Positions 23,325-26,361 of a stretch of 26,361 nucleotides of DNA are shown here, one piece after another (position 1 is the first letter of the stretch; the number at the start of each line of letters is the position of its first letter). The DNA comes from Octopus sinensis (lineage: Eukaryota), in assembly GCF_006345805.1 (NCBI RefSeq), contig NW_021835614.1, forward strand, positions 1 through 26,361, read 5' to 3'. Made by a program: the position numbers and the translations under genes. Below the pieces are notes generated by a model that did no database searches, was not told the origin of the DNA, and saw nothing but the letters and a program-made list of their open reading frames with translations.

Positions 23325-23448
23325 AATGTCTGCTAAATACTAAATATTCTCATTATAAAAATCAATAAATAATTTGAATGTATAATTTCAGATTTAAATA
23401 GATTTTAATGATTATAGGGGTGTCTATTTACTTCCGTCATGTCTGTAT
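23325..23448 (+). mobile_element. 3' terminal fragment of a related Tc1 element
   Basis: ATGTCTGCTAAATACTAA (MSAKY*, compare MSTKY*) and right TIR GGTGTCTATTTACTTCCGTCATGTCTG followed by TA. Confidence 0.75.
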
Positions 23449-23453
23449 ATACG

Positions 23454-24726
23454 CAGATATGCAGGAAGTAAATAGACACCTTTAATTTTCAAAATTTTCA
23501 AAATTTCTGATCTAATATGTTTTCAGCGGTGTAGAATTTACAATGCAATTTTCCTTTTTCATTCCAGGTGCCATTATATTAAATATTTGCGAAGAGTAAC
23601 CATGCCATGCACAAAATATTCAGCAGAACTGTCAGATTTTCAAATCGGTCAATTTGTTGGGCAATCTGAAGCTAGTCTTAGCCAGCGAAAAATTGCCGAA
23701 TATGTTCAATTTCCTCTTGCTACTGTTAATAGAATTATAGTGTAGTTCAAAAGCTAAGGAAAAGAATCAACAGATTCTCGTCACGGCCGACCTGGGCCCT
23801 CGGAAAGGAAGCTTTGCCGTTTGAAGAAAATTGTGGAAAACGAACCCTGTTCGAAGGCTTCTGACATTGCAAAACAGCTGGAAGTTAGTCCAAGAACATG
23901 TGTTATATATCTGCATAAGCTTGGGTATTATGGACGAGCAGCTAGAAGAAAACTCCTTTTTCAACCAATTAATATCATGAAAAGAAAGAAATGGGCTAAG
24001 GAGACGTCAGAAGCATCCACTTCATTTTGGGATAGAGAGATTTTCTCAGATGGATCCTTATTTGCATTATTTTCAGACAGTGGATGTTTTTGGGTCTGGA
24101 GGCTTCCCAATCAAGAATTTGATTTGAAGCGACTCCAACCAACTGTGAAACATGGCGGCATCTCTGTAATGGTATGGGGAGCTGTCACCAGCAATGGTCG
24201 TTCTGAGCTGATCGAATGTGTTGGGACCATAAACTCTGAAAAATACATCGAAATATTTAAGCAAGGACTACTTCCGATGTATTCACACGATAACATAACG
24301 AAGAATGAGTTGTTATTAATGCAAGATGGGGCTCCATGGCACACAGCGAAAAGGAATCAACAATGGCTGAATGAAAATGGAATCAAAAAGCTTCATTAGC
24401 CGAGCCAATCTCCTGACATGAACCCAATTGAAAATCTTTGGAGCATACTAGATAGAGCTATACGAAAAACTCGACAGAAACCTAAATCTAAAGATGAATT
24501 ACTTCGATTGTTGCGTGAAAAGTGGGTAGAAATTCCCCAAGAGACCATCACAAAGCTCATCAGTTCAATGCCAAAAAGAGTTTCTGAATTAAAAACTACA
24601 AAGAGAATGTCAACTAAATACTAAAGCATGTAGTCTTACCTATCGATTATATTTCAACTGTTCGCTTTGCGTAATAAATAAAGGATTTTGAAAATTAAAG
24701 GTGTTTATTTACTTCTTGCATGTCTG
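23454..24726 (+). mobile_element. Full-length Tc1 DNA transposon
   Basis: ~42-bp TIRs CAGATATGCAGGAAGTAAATAGACACCTTTAATTTTCAAAAT / ATTTTGAAAATTAAAGGTGTTTATTTACTTCTTGCATGTCTG. The expected TA flanks are mutated. Confidence 0.93.
23602..24624 (+). pseudogene. Tc1 DD34E transposase pseudogene (340 codons, no frameshift, 3 nonsense codons)
   Basis: Motifs [31 protein letters not shown] and SPDMNPIENLW, with 34 residues between the second D and E. Stops at 23743, 23755 and 24397. Confidence 0.93.
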
Positions 24727-25189
24727 TGCACATATATTCATACAAATGTACTCCACCCAGACAATAAGATCTTCCTTATGATGATCTTACATTGATGGGA
24801 ATGTAAACTGTATATGAATGTATGTATTTATGCCTTATCAGTCATATTATCTCTATTTGCACCCTTGTCACTTTATATGCATATTGCCACACCACATCAC
24901 ACCACCCCACACCATTCCACACACACTAGCACTGACTACTTCCCAGATCCCACTCCACACACCTTCATCTGTACACCCACACACCATCATTCACACAACC
25001 ACACATTACAGACACACACACTGACACACGCACACATTCACACGTCAAAGTCACTAGCTCCTATCTACATACACACACACACAGCCTTCGTTTTGGGATC
25101 ACCAATACTTCATAATCTCCCCTTCTTTCTACCTCTCCTGTCAAACTTTTTTCCCAACCAGTCGCCATGCTTGATCACTAAATGTACAA

Positions 25190-25353
25190 GCTTTTTTTAT
25201 TCTCTCCCTGTTTATTTTCTCTTATTCTTTTGTATTGAAGAGCGTAATCTCGAAGCGTAAAATACTTTCTCACTTTTCCGAGCGTCAAACTAACACACCT
25301 GCTTGTTGTTCATACACCTGTCTTCGTCTTTTGCTTTTCTGTAAATTTAAGCC
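25190..25353 (+). mobile_element. Penelope-like 3' remnant with a decayed hammerhead
   Basis: GAAGAGCGTAATCTCGAAGCGTAAAA aligns with the reverse complement of 22768-22940 and ends at (TA)n. Confidence 0.55.
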
Positions 25354-25614
25354 ATATATATATATATATATATATATACAAAAATTATTAGGGAATATTA
25401 CTTCCATGTACACAGGAAAAAGTCATTCAAATTAGATGTATTAAAACGAACATCTCTCAGTGTTTAATTCGTATATATAAAAGTAATCTTAGAGACAGAA
25501 CCACATTCAACTCAATCAAAACTGAAAAGTTTTATACTCACCATTCCATAAAATGTTAAAAATTAAATCTCATACTAACTATATCTATTCTGAATCCTGT
25601 ATTTTCCGTTTATA

Positions 25615-25714
25615 AGACTACACGTGTTTCATGAAAGTACGTCGGTATTGATTAGATACGAGGTATCTAGTTTTAATACTTACTCGGGTCAACATACTCC
25701 CAATCTTCAGGTCT
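25615..25714 (-). ncRNA. Type I hammerhead ribozyme with a long stem II insertion
   Basis: RC: AGAC CUGAAGA U UGGGAGUAUGUUG...UAGAUAC cuc GUAUCUA...CGACGUACUUUCA U GAAA CACGUG UA GUCU. Confidence 0.7.
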
Positions 25715-25886
25715 GGATTCCTCAACATTTTTCACTACCCCTATCTCTTATATACTTCCATGATACTCTATATCTTCAATATAATATTACTTAACATGAA
25801 CAAATGAATAGAAATGCAAATAATAAATAAAACTAATAACTTAATATTAAAAATTTAAGGAGTAACGCTTCTCCCGGGCCATCTCC

Positions 25887-26060
25887 TCACTCACTCATTT
25901 CACTCACTCACTCACTCACTCACTCACTCACCCACTCACTCACTCACTCACTCACTCACTCACTCACTCACACCCTCTCTCCCTCCCTCCCTCCCTCCCT
26001 CCCTCCCTCCCTCCCTCCCTCCCTCCCTCCCTCACTCACTCACTACTTCACTCACTCATT
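25887..26060. repeat. (CACT)n and (CCCT)n microsatellites
   Basis: Directly visible. Confidence 0.95.
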
Positions 26061-26230
26061 CATTCTATTCATCCCTCCCTCATTTACTCTCTAATTACTC
26101 TATCACTCCAACTACTAATCACCGAAACCATAAAAGAAATCAATTAATCGAACACGTAGTTATCGATTTACATTCAGATCTCCTTACACATTGTAAATTT
26201 ATTTGTTTACATATGAACCTATCGTTACAC

Positions 26231-26231
<1 letters not shown>

Positions 26232-26322
<91 letters not shown>

Positions 26323-26361
26323 GTCTGTCTGTCTGCCTGTCTGTCATCTATCTATCTATCT
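26232..26361. repeat. (TCTA/TCTG)n microsatellite
   Basis: Directly visible. Confidence 0.95.

Overview
Repeat-dense, AT-rich animal genomic DNA, intronic or intergenic. The SINE families and microsatellite load look like an octopus/coleoid cephalopod (inference). Almost all ORF-track entries are translated microsatellites. Supported elements: two tRNA-derived SINE families, two 5'-truncated R4/Dong-like RLE non-LTR retrotransposons in TAA-rich tracts, a full-length pseudogenised DD34E Tc1 transposon next to the 3' end of a related Tc1, a CR1-like LINE 3' end, a non-autonomous Helitron, a mariner-like MITE and a 31-bp minisatellite. A host coding exon may lie at 72-286 (-). The main hidden signal is a set of seven type I hammerhead-ribozyme-like motifs, some degenerate, in Penelope-like or retrozyme-like remnants ending at (TA)n tracts. 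These include a G3-C8 core-swapped variant, one with a ~73-nt stem II, and a ~500-nt hammerhead-to-hammerhead tandem unit. All folds and translations were done by eye; no searches were run.
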